Below are positions 9,157-18,500 of a stretch of DNA of 52,692 bases, piece after piece. A program made the translations under genes and the position numbers. A model generated the notes under the pieces. It saw nothing but the letters and a program-made list of their open reading frames with translations. It ran no database searches and was not told the origin of the DNA. Origin of the DNA: a virus (lineage: Duplodnaviria > Caudoviricetes). The stretch is taken from positions 1 to 52,692 of IMG/VR virus record IMGVR_UViG_3300032329_000320; one strand, given 5' to 3'. Within the stretch, counting starts at the first letter, position 1. The number at the start of each line of letters is the position of its first letter.

Positions 9157-9209
9157 GAAGAAATGGGTCAAGAGCAGGAGCAATCAGATGAAGGAATGGC
9201 TGAATAGTT

Positions 9210-9230
9210 ATACCTTTGCTAAAACAAAAG
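9210..9230 (+). promoter_or_regulatory. Promoter/leader ATACCTTTGCTAAAACAAAAG, copy 1
   Basis: TAnnTTTG plus A-rich leader; identical copy at 12507-12527. Confidence 0.7.
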
Positions 9231-9234
9231 TAAC

Positions 9235-10380
9235 ATGGATAAAAACATCTTTGACATTGATGGCTATTCTAGTGAGCCTATCATAGCAGATTCTCAAGAA
9301 GGAGCTGCAAGTGATAGTCAATCAACTGAAGGCTCATCACAAGACCAATCGCAAGGCGAAGGGGAAGGAAACCAAACTACATCAACTGAAGGACAATCAT
9401 TAGAAGGTCAATCTTCTAATAGTCAAGAAGGCTCTAGTAGCACAGAAGGAGATTCAGGAAGTTCGTTTGAATTTGAACCTAAGTCTTTTGATTTTGAATG
9501 GGATAATGAAGAATCTAAAACTATTTATGAAAGTCTCATAAGTGGAGATTACGCTTCAGTATCCGATATGCTTTATGAGCAAAAGCTGTTATCTAATCTA
9601 TCAGAAATGAATGACTCAGATGCAGTTATGATGGCTCTTGCATATCAGTACCCTGATTTAACCCCTGAAGAAATTTATGAGGAGTTTGACTCTAGGTACG
9701 GTGTTCCAAAAGAGGATACAGAATATATGAGTGAAGACGAATTGTCTGCCTACAATAAAAAGGTAGAAAAGGAATCTAAGCGAATAGAAAGAGAACTAAA
9801 AAAAGATGCTAGAGTTGCTAAAGAGACACTTTCTTCATATAAGAAAGAAATTAGCTTCCCTGACATTCTATCGAAGGCAAAAGAGTTTGCTTCGGTAGTA
9901 GACCCAAAGGAGTATGTAAATCAATATATTCAATCTGAGCAAACTAAGTCAGAACAGACTAATAAAGCTGAGAGAGAAAGATACCTATCACAAGTTGATA
10001 AGGGATTAAATGAGTTTAATGGATTTGAAGTCAAGTACAAAGACGAGGAAGTCTCTATTGACGCAAAATTCGCTATCCCTGATGAGGATAAAGCTGCATT
10101 AAAGCAGGAATTAAATGATTTTGACCTTGTTGACTATTTTGGTAACAGATACGTCAAGGATGACCAGTATGATACCAGACAGATTGCAGAAGATAAATAC
10201 TTCTTGCAAAACAGAGATAAGATTATTAACTCTCTTGTCACACAGGCTGTATCTAAAGCTAAGTTAGATTGGTTAAAATCAATAAAAGGAATAGACTTAT
10301 CATCTAAGCCTAGTATTGGAGCTAACCCTTCAGCGAATGATGAAGTGAGAAGTGCATCTCAAAAAATCTTTAATTTTTAA
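9235..10380 (+). CDS. Capsid scaffold-like acidic protein
   Basis: Very acidic, S/Q/E/G low-complexity N-terminus; between portal and capsid genes. Confidence 0.7.
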   Translation: MDKNIFDIDGYSSEPIIADSQEGAASDSQSTEGSSQDQSQGEGEGNQTTSTEGQSLEGQSSNSQEGSSSTEGDSGSSFEFEPKSFDFEWDNEESKTIYESLISGDYASVSDMLYEQKLLSNLSEMNDSDAVMMALAYQYPDLTPEEIYEEFDSRYGVPKEDTEYMSEDELSAYNKKVEKESKRIERELKKDARVAKETLSSYKKEISFPDILSKAKEFASVVDPKEYVNQYIQSEQTKSEQTNKAERERYLSQVDKGLNEFNGFEVKYKDEEVSIDAKFAIPDEDKAALKQELNDFDLVDYFGNRYVKDDQYDTRQIAEDKYFLQNRDKIINSLVTQAVSKAKLDWLKSIKGIDLSSKPSIGANPSANDEVRSASQKIFNF

Positions 10381-10399
10381 TAAATAAAATAATTTTAAA

Positions 10400-11788
10400 A
10401 TGGCAACATTACAACCAGGTGGAGTAGTTCCTCAAGGTGGAGCAGTATCGCAAGCGTTCGTTACCGCATTGTCTTTATTGAAGCCTCAGAACTATGACCA
10501 ATTTATTGAGTCTTACGGTGCTCAATCTTACACTCAAATCCTAGAGATGTTGGGTAACAAACAAGTAGTACAAGCTACAGAATTCGGTCACTTTGAAAGT
10601 CGTGGTAAGCGTCATTTCGCTGTACAAACTACAGGTGCTCCAGCAGAAACTGCAGCTTATTCTGATGCAGATACTACTATTGAAGCAGGTGAAGGTGTTA
10701 CAATCACCATTACTGCAGCCTCTCACTTCCCTAACACTTCTGGTGCTGAGTCTCCAATCCGTGTAGGTGAAGTTTATGAAATCGCAGCAACAGGTATTTT
10801 AGTAAAATGCGTAGCTGTAAACAAAGCGACTGCAGGTGCTCACACTATGACAGTTGTTCCTTTACAAAGCACTTACGTTCTTAACTCAACTAACTTACCT
10901 TCAGGTAGCTGGTTATTAGGCCGTGGCGCATCTCTTGCTGGTGAGGCTTCAACTAAAGTTGATTCTCAAACAGAATTAGTGAATCGTTACACTAACACGA
11001 CTACTATGATTCGTGAAGATTTCGAAATCACTGACAAGGCTATGATGCAAGAGCTTTGGGTTAGCTTTGATGGCGAAGCGAAATATACTCGTAAAGGTGC
11101 TAAAGAAGCGGTTAATCGTTTCTTAAACAACAAAGAGTTTACTTTACTTTTCGGTGTTCAAGCAACTAACAGCCGTGCAGGTGACAACGGTACTGCGGGT
11201 CTTATCCCTACTATCGAGTCTCGTGGTCAAACTCATCAGTGGAATTCTGATAGCGTATTCGATATCGAAGATTTCCACTCAATCAGCCGTTTAGTAGACT
11301 TCAACGGTGGTGCTTCTGAGTATCACTTCTTGATGGATAGCTACTTACGTAGCAAGATTGACGATGCTTTATTCGCTAAATACCAAAATGGTGCAATCCA
11401 GTGGGCTGCAGTAGGTGGTAGCAATGAAGTAGCTGTTAAGTATGGTTTTGATAGCATCAAGATTGATGGTATTACTTACCACCTTAAGAAGTTCTTAGGA
11501 TTCAATGCTGAAGCTGTATACGGTGTAGCTCCTGCTACAGAGAAGTACAAGAACTTCGGTATCTTGGCTCCTATGAAATCTAACAGAGATGCTCGTACAG
11601 GCGACAACATCCCTAGCTTACAAGTTGTTTACAACGAAATTGAGCCAGGTAAAGAGTTGAAAGTATGGGAAACTGGTGGTCTTGCTAAAGTTCCAACTTC
11701 TGATAAGTTGAACTTAGTTATCAGCCACGCTTGCTCTGCAGGTCTTCGTACATTCGCAGCTAACCAATTCGTAGTTGTGAAGCCATAA
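10400..11788 (+). CDS. Major capsid protein
   Basis: 462 aa, strongly biased codons (CGT, TTC, AAC), position after scaffold, followed by a strong terminator. Confidence 0.85.
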   Translation: MATLQPGGVVPQGGAVSQAFVTALSLLKPQNYDQFIESYGAQSYTQILEMLGNKQVVQATEFGHFESRGKRHFAVQTTGAPAETAAYSDADTTIEAGEGVTITITAASHFPNTSGAESPIRVGEVYEIAATGILVKCVAVNKATAGAHTMTVVPLQSTYVLNSTNLPSGSWLLGRGASLAGEASTKVDSQTELVNRYTNTTTMIREDFEITDKAMMQELWVSFDGEAKYTRKGAKEAVNRFLNNKEFTLLFGVQATNSRAGDNGTAGLIPTIESRGQTHQWNSDSVFDIEDFHSISRLVDFNGGASEYHFLMDSYLRSKIDDALFAKYQNGAIQWAAVGGSNEVAVKYGFDSIKIDGITYHLKKFLGFNAEAVYGVAPATEKYKNFGILAPMKSNRDARTGDNIPSLQVVYNEIEPGKELKVWETGGLAKVPTSDKLNLVISHACSAGLRTFAANQFVVVKP

Positions 11789-11815
11789 TTGATTACTAAT
11801 CAATAGGTTAAATAT

Positions 11816-11848
11816 AAGGGCTCTAGTTAATTCTAGGGCCCTTTTTTT
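11816..11848 (+). terminator. Intrinsic terminator after capsid gene
   Basis: AAGGGCTCTAG-TTAATT-CTAGGGCCCTT followed by a T-run. Confidence 0.85.
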
Positions 11849-11875
11849 GTTCATAAATTTGCTAAAATAGTAGCT

Positions 11876-12496
11876 ATGAGAAAAGTGTTAAGCAAGTTTA
11901 AGGATAAGAATAGTATAAATTTCATAGAAGAAGTGATAACTACTTGTAAGCTGTATGGGGTAAAGTGTAGTATAAGAGACGTATCATACGTAAAGCTAGG
12001 CGGATTCAAATGCGGAGGTTGGTTTGACGGAGAAGACAGAGAATTAGTATGTAGTATAAAGCACGATAAAGGGTTAGCATTATTGGCTCATGAATTCTCG
12101 CATTTTCATCAGTGGGCAGAAAATAGTGATATATGGGATTTAGCTACAAGAAAGAACTCTCATTCAGCAATGCACGAATGGATAGATGGAAAGCAAATTA
12201 GAGATATTAAAAAGCATATAGCAATATGTAGAGACCTTGAGGTTGATGCCGAAAAAAGGGCCGTTAAAATGATAAAGAAGTATAATCTTCCTATAGATAT
12301 AGATGAGTATATAAGAGGGGCTAATGCTTACATATACTTCTATAATTATATACTTGATATTAGAAGATGGAGTGCTCCAAAAAATAGCCCATATAGGAAT
12401 AAAGTATTGATAGATAGTATGCCAAAGACATTCATGAAAGACTACTCTATTCTACCTGACAGTCTACTCAAGATATACCAAGAGCAAGGTATATAG
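11876..12496 (+). CDS. Zincin-like metallopeptidase
   Basis: LAHEFSHFHQW (HExxH) and downstream EVDAE; own promoter motif TAAATTTG at 11854-11861. Confidence 0.75.
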   Translation: MRKVLSKFKDKNSINFIEEVITTCKLYGVKCSIRDVSYVKLGGFKCGGWFDGEDRELVCSIKHDKGLALLAHEFSHFHQWAENSDIWDLATRKNSHSAMHEWIDGKQIRDIKKHIAICRDLEVDAEKRAVKMIKKYNLPIDIDEYIRGANAYIYFYNYILDIRRWSAPKNSPYRNKVLIDSMPKTFMKDYSILPDSLLKIYQEQGI

Positions 12497-12506
12497 TACA
12501 AAATAC

Positions 12507-12527
12507 ATACCTTTGCTAAAACAAAAG
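12507..12527 (+). promoter_or_regulatory. Promoter/leader ATACCTTTGCTAAAACAAAAG, copy 2
   Basis: Identical to 9210-9230. Confidence 0.7.
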
Positions 12528-12534
12528 AAATAAA

Positions 12535-13413
12535 ATGGCAAAAGCTAAAAGTATTCTATCTGAAGATGGTGAAATCATCGAAGTAGAGCAGCCTGTTGTT
12601 AAACAAGAGGTTAAGAAAAAAAGACAACCTTCGGAGTATGTATTCCAGTTGTTAGTAAATTTCAGAAATCAAGACGGAACCTTATCATTCCCTCCAACAT
12701 TCTCACTTAGAAATAAAAGTGTAGTGTTTGATGAGGAAACAGGCAGAGAAAGAGCTACAAGATACCTTGAGGGTATTTCTACTATCTGGCAAGATGAGCA
12801 AGACTCTTTACCTGAGAGCATTCAAAACAGAAGACCTAACATTCAGTTTAAAGATGGTTTCCTAAGAGTTCCTTCTACAAAGCCTACATTGGTAGAGTTC
12901 TTATTAAAGAATGACCAATACGACAAGAAGAAGAATAAAATGGACAAGTTTGCTCCTGCAACCTACACAATGATTAATTATGAGGAAGCAGAAGAAGAAC
13001 AACTTAAGAAATCTGAAAACAAGCTAGAAGCAATGAAGGTTGCAATGAATGCTAGCGAAGAAGAGATGTTAGCACATGCTAAATTCTTGAATGTTAAGTT
13101 CAGTTATGAAACAGGAGAGCCAAGGTCAGAAAGTGCAATTAGGTCTGATTATGTGACTAAAGCACAGAACAATCCTGATTTATTCTTAAAGACTGTAAAT
13201 AATCCTGTAGTAAAAGCTAAGTACATGGTAACTAAGGCTATGGAGAATAACCTTATTACTATTGCACATATCAAGGGTCAGGCACATTGGAGACAAACAA
13301 AGCTCCTTATTGCACAGATTCCTGACGGAGCAGATGCAGCTAAATTCCTATCAGAATTTGCCCTTACAGAAAAGGGAGCAGAGTTCTATAACAAATTGAA
13401 AGAGTTATCTTAA
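12535..13413 (+). CDS. Conserved head-module protein
   Basis: 292 aa; IQFKDGFLRVP..LVEFL; position after the capsid gene. Confidence 0.7.
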   Translation: MAKAKSILSEDGEIIEVEQPVVKQEVKKKRQPSEYVFQLLVNFRNQDGTLSFPPTFSLRNKSVVFDEETGRERATRYLEGISTIWQDEQDSLPESIQNRRPNIQFKDGFLRVPSTKPTLVEFLLKNDQYDKKKNKMDKFAPATYTMINYEEAEEEQLKKSENKLEAMKVAMNASEEEMLAHAKFLNVKFSYETGEPRSESAIRSDYVTKAQNNPDLFLKTVNNPVVKAKYMVTKAMENNLITIAHIKGQAHWRQTKLLIAQIPDGADAAKFLSEFALTEKGAEFYNKLKELS

Positions 13414-13444
13414 AATAGGTTTTTGTTTCATTTGCTTTTGGTTT

Positions 13445-13481
13445 ACCCCTCTACTATTCTTAGTTGGAGGGGTTTCTTTTT
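13445..13481 (+). terminator. Intrinsic terminator
   Basis: ACCCCTCTACTA-TTCT-TAGTTGGAGGGGT then TTCTTTTT. Confidence 0.8.
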
Positions 13482-13510
13482 ATATGCTTAACTTTGTACA
13501 AATTTGACAC

Positions 13511-14173
13511 GTGAATATAAATGACTGCTTTAAAATTGTAAGCTATCTAGTAGATAAGTATCAAGGAACAGGCGTATCTCCGGAAGAGTTCAATAGGATA
13601 TTCCCTATGGCAGAAAGGTCTTATTTTGATATGCTTTCAGGAGGTGTTGAAGATTTTCAACCTGGAAGACCTATATCAAGAGTAGGATTAGGAATGGGTA
13701 ATAATATAAATGAGGCACTAGCTCCGTTTATACAAGTATCTACATTAACAATATCTTCAGGAAGTGTTCCTGTTCCCACAAATCTATTTAAGGCTATATC
13801 TATGAGAACAACGGCTAATGTGGATATATTAAGAGTAGACCATTCAAAATTAGCTAGTAAATTAAATAGCTCAATAGATGCTCCTACCTTAACAAAGCCT
13901 TGCTTTAATGAGGTTGGAACTAATTATAAATTTTATCCATCATCTCTAACGTCAGCTAGTATTACATATCTAAGACTTCCAAATAGCCCTGTTTGGGGAT
14001 ATACAACAGTAGGTGGAAGACCTGTATATGATGCAGGTTCTAGTGTTCAGTCTGAGTGGAATGATGCAGATTTGAATAAAATAATAATGAGAGCTGTTGG
14101 TTTAATTGGTGTAAGCATAAATGACCAATTATTAATACAAGCTGCAAATCAAGTTAAAGCTAAAGGAGAATAA
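13511..14173 (+). CDS. Putative tail ring/adaptor protein
   Basis: 220 aa; SPEEFN and ITYLRLP..PVWGY motifs; promoter TAACTTTG at 13489-13496. Confidence 0.6.
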   Translation: MNINDCFKIVSYLVDKYQGTGVSPEEFNRIFPMAERSYFDMLSGGVEDFQPGRPISRVGLGMGNNINEALAPFIQVSTLTISSGSVPVPTNLFKAISMRTTANVDILRVDHSKLASKLNSSIDAPTLTKPCFNEVGTNYKFYPSSLTSASITYLRLPNSPVWGYTTVGGRPVYDAGSSVQSEWNDADLNKIIMRAVGLIGVSINDQLLIQAANQVKAKGE

Positions 14174-14176
14174 CGC

Positions 14177-14782
14177 ATGAATAGAATTCAATTTATAGAA
14201 TTAATAAGAAGGAACTATTATAATGGTGTTCCTAGTTCTGATGCAGAATTAACATCAGAAGAGGTTGATTTGTATGTAGATGCTGCAGTTGGTAGAGCTA
14301 TTACAATAAACTATAGAGAGGCTATTGAATTAGATGGTATTGAGACTATTGGAGATGTATTTTATTCTACATTTAAGGGATTTACTATAGCTAAGGATAA
14401 TGATACTGGTTACTATTATTTTGATTTACCTCAAGTTCCATTGGCATCAAAAAGAGGATACAATATAGCAACATTGACTTTCCCTGTTAGTTCAGGATTA
14501 GCTAAAGCTCCAATACAAGTATCTGTAAAAGAACTTGATTATATGGACCAATTACCAACACCTCCAAGTAAGATATTCTTCTGGCCTGAAGGTAAGAGAT
14601 TATATATGAAGAGTTACATTAACTTAATAGGAAAATCACCTATCGTAAGAATGGTAAGTCCTAAAGTTGATGATATACCAGAGGATTATGTAGCAGCAGC
14701 TATGGAATGGATTATTAATCAATTAAGAATTAAAAAACAAACACCTCAGGATTTCGCTAATGATGGTGTTGATAAAGCATAA
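14177..14782 (+). CDS. Putative tail ring protein
   Basis: 201 aa; synteny; C-terminal PQDFANDG. Confidence 0.55.
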   Translation: MNRIQFIELIRRNYYNGVPSSDAELTSEEVDLYVDAAVGRAITINYREAIELDGIETIGDVFYSTFKGFTIAKDNDTGYYYFDLPQVPLASKRGYNIATLTFPVSSGLAKAPIQVSVKELDYMDQLPTPPSKIFFWPEGKRLYMKSYINLIGKSPIVRMVSPKVDDIPEDYVAAAMEWIINQLRIKKQTPQDFANDGVDKA

Positions 14783-14788
14783 TAAATT

Positions 14789-15559
14789 ATGAGTAAAGCA
14801 ACAGCACAATGGGTTCCGTTAGCAGAGGTTATATACAATTATATAGACCAAGCTCATTTAACTAGCGCAGAGTTTAGAAGACTTTGGGCAATAGGAATTA
14901 GAGGCGTAAATGAATTGGGTATGGATGTGTATTACACTCCAAAAACAGAAAAGTTGGCAGTAAAGCCAAATATGACTGTTGAATTACCTGCAGATTATTT
15001 AGCATATACTAAGATAGGGGTACTCAATGCAGACGGAGAAGTTGCTACATTGAAAAGAAACGCAAACAAGTCTGCTTATAAAATATCAGATGCAGACAGA
15101 ACTAGCAATAATACAGATGGTAGAATAGGAAATCTTTATGATAGCAGGTATTGGAGTTATGTTAACTACTATAGCGGAGCTGGATATGTAAACTTATTTG
15201 GCAATGGCTCTATGCTAAACGATGCAGGACAATTTAATATAGATGAAGAGCAAGGTTTAATATACCTAGACAATAGCTTTTCTTATGATTATATCATATT
15301 AGAATATCTGTCAGATGCATCTAACGACCAGGATTTTAAAATACCAATTCAAATAGTAGAAGCTACTATTGCATTTTTGGCATGGAAAGATATAGAGTTT
15401 CTTGCATCTTCTAGAAAGGTTAATATGGGAGAAAAACAGCTCAGAAAAGGTAACTACTATAATCAAAAAAGACTAGCTAAACAAAGAGTAAATCCAATAA
15501 GACTTTGGGAAGCTAATAGTACTATAAGAGCAGGACAGAAATTGGTTGTTAAAGGATAA
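14789..15559 (+). CDS. Putative tail ring/tubular protein
   Basis: 256 aa; LPADYLAYTKIG and IILEYLSD motifs. Confidence 0.6.
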   Translation: MSKATAQWVPLAEVIYNYIDQAHLTSAEFRRLWAIGIRGVNELGMDVYYTPKTEKLAVKPNMTVELPADYLAYTKIGVLNADGEVATLKRNANKSAYKISDADRTSNNTDGRIGNLYDSRYWSYVNYYSGAGYVNLFGNGSMLNDAGQFNIDEEQGLIYLDNSFSYDYIILEYLSDASNDQDFKIPIQIVEATIAFLAWKDIEFLASSRKVNMGEKQLRKGNYYNQKRLAKQRVNPIRLWEANSTIRAGQKLVVKG

Positions 15560-15570
15560 AAAAATAATAA

Positions 15571-18500
15571 ATGCCTCAAGAGAAAAAGCAGTTTCAGGGT
15601 ATACTAAATCTTCAAGATTCAGAAGATATAATACAGCCAGGTCATCATATTGATGCCATGAATATAACATTCAGAAATGGCATAGCTGAAAATATACTTG
15701 GTAATAGAGAATTAGGTAGCTTATCATTATTACTCCCTAATACAGGAACTAACGTATGTATATGTGCGTATAATGACGAATTAAGAGGTAAGCTGATTAT
15801 ATTCAATGCTAACTCTTTAGGACTCGATGGGATATACAAGATGTCTACATTGGATTCTGCAGCAGCAACTAGAATATATCAAGCAGGAACTGCATCTTAT
15901 CCAAACATATTAAACTTCAACACAGCCAATAAAATACACTCTGTAAATATTCTTTACGGAGAAACAGAGGCTGATGATATTCTATTATTCGTAGATAGTC
16001 TTGGAAGACCTACTAAAATGAAGATGTCTAGATTCATAGCTAATGAATACTCTGCATCTGAAATAAATAGAACATATATTGATGTTCATGTTAATCCTCC
16101 TTTATCTCCTATTAAATGCACATATGAGCATGATAATGCTGTTACTGCAAATAACGTAAGAGACTCATTATTCCAATTTAGATACAGATTCGTATATGAT
16201 GATAACGAGAGAAGTACATGGTCTCAATCTAGTATAACTCCACTTCCTTTTGATTACCTAAGACAACAAGGAATAAAGAATAATTCAAGAATTGCATTAT
16301 TCATGTCTACAGGTGGTAGTAATGTGAAGAAAATAGAAATCGCAGCAAAAGAAACTAAGGGAGAGTCTACTTCAGATTATTTCTTGGTTGATTCAATAGA
16401 TAAGTCAATATCTTCATTATCAGACAATTCTATATATAAATATAACTTCTATAATAATGGAGTTTATGAATTTTTAGACCAAAGAGAAATAGACTTAACA
16501 TTTGATAAAGTTCCAGATGAGGCTAATACTCAAGAATTATTAAATGGTAATGTAATCATATATGGAGGTATTAAGGAAGGGTATGATAATCCAACTGTTA
16601 CAGGTTCATTATCTACTTTTTCAATAGACTATATGACGCAGCCCAATGGGCTTCTGTTTGTAGCATCAGCAAGAGGAGAGGATACTTCAAACATAGCTTC
16701 TGACATTGTTTTAACAATAGCTGGAACAGGAACATTAGATGGAAATAATAGGACATCTATATTAGATTCTGTAAATGCTACAGGTCACACATATGTTATA
16801 AACATGGTAGATTCATTAGGAAATGCTATTAATATTAACTATAACGCTACATCTCAAACAATAGATACAATACTTACTGGAATTGGTTCAGCAGCTACAG
16901 GTCTTGGTTTTACTACTTCAGCAGTTACAAACCACTCGATTACAATATCTAAAGCAGGCGTTAAATTACTCGGTTCTTCATTTAGAACAAATAATCAAAA
17001 TATATTATCAGATAGCTCTAATGTTTATAGCGAATTAGCTAAAAACTCATTCTACTCATTTGGATTAGTTTACTTTGATGTAAAGGGTAAAACAAATGGA
17101 GTAGTATATCCTATTCAAGCGTTCGATAAGAGCACTAGTGAATATGTTTCAGTACCAACAGCATTTACAGACTATATTAGCTTATCAATAACTAGTAGAC
17201 CTCCATCATGGGCAGTTAAGTATTCAGTTGTAAGAAGTGAAAATAAAACAATAGATACGCAGTTAACTTGGGTTACAAATAATGTAGCTACAGGTTCTTC
17301 TGATTCTACTATCGCATCAGATGCGTTAGTAACCTATGTTGGAATTCAAAATATGATAACGTATAATGAGATTCTTAATTCGGATAGGGGTATAAATTAT
17401 GATTTTGTAGAAGGAGATAGAATTAAGTTTATATCAAGATACCAAACAGGAAATTTTAATGACCTGAAAGCTACATTGGTTACGGGTACGTATGATTATG
17501 AGATTATAGGAACAGAGATAAACCCTAAAATAGGAGGTAAAGCTAAAGACGGTAAATATATCAAATTAAGATACTCTGATTTATCAGGAGATTTATCTGC
17601 TCAATTCAAAGTTGACGGAAGTATGTTTTTTGGTAATTACCTGGTTGTAATCTATAGACAAAAGAAAAGGTCAGCAGATGATAAGACATTTTTCTATGAA
17701 TTTGGTCCTAGCTTAGGCATAGGTGATGCAGGATTAGCAACTAGATATCATATAGGTAATACAGATTCTGCTTATACAAACAATGGCAATCAATCAACTG
17801 ACTTGGTAACTCCTGCAAAAATTAATTTTCATACAGGAGATTGTTATACAAAATTCAGAAAGAATCTTCCGATAGTACTAGGTAGATACGAAGGTTCTTT
17901 AAGAGAATATGCACACGCAGTTAGCGCAGGTCATATATATTCTACAATGAAGATAAATCTTCCTAGCGAAGACAATGCTGCTTATAGAGTTAGTTCTCAA
18001 ACAGAGCAGTTATCAGGAGGATATGGTTCTGGAGATTATCCTCTATATGCAAATGATGCAGGGTTTTTCTTCTTTAATAAATCAACAACAGAAGAGCTTA
18101 AAATAAGGATTACAGGTTCATTTAGGGCTTATGGAACTAAGAATTCATATATGAAGCTAGTTATTAAGAAGGTACCTCAATTAGCTCCATTGGCTGTAAC
18201 AACAAGCGAATTAACAGGAGTTGTAGATATATCTAATGCACCTGTTGCAGTTGGTAGTCCAGGAACTCCAGTTGATGTTCAATTTGATAAAGTGATATCT
18301 GTTAGGCAAACAGATAAGATTTCTCTAATGGCAGAGAGTACAGTTTTTGCTCAGTCAGTTGTTTTATTCTCAGAGTTTAATATTGAGGTTTATAGAAATG
18401 TAGATAGAATACCTGTCACAGAAGAGCTTATATCTGATTCAAGCAGGCTTTATTTTAATGGAAATGGAAGGCCTTTTGTTTTTGATAGAACCGCTAAAAG

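Noticed and set aside
9041-9286. 81-aa + strand ORF across the portal/scaffold junction
   Set aside because: Shadow frame of the Gln-rich portal tail; TTG start and no recognisable motif
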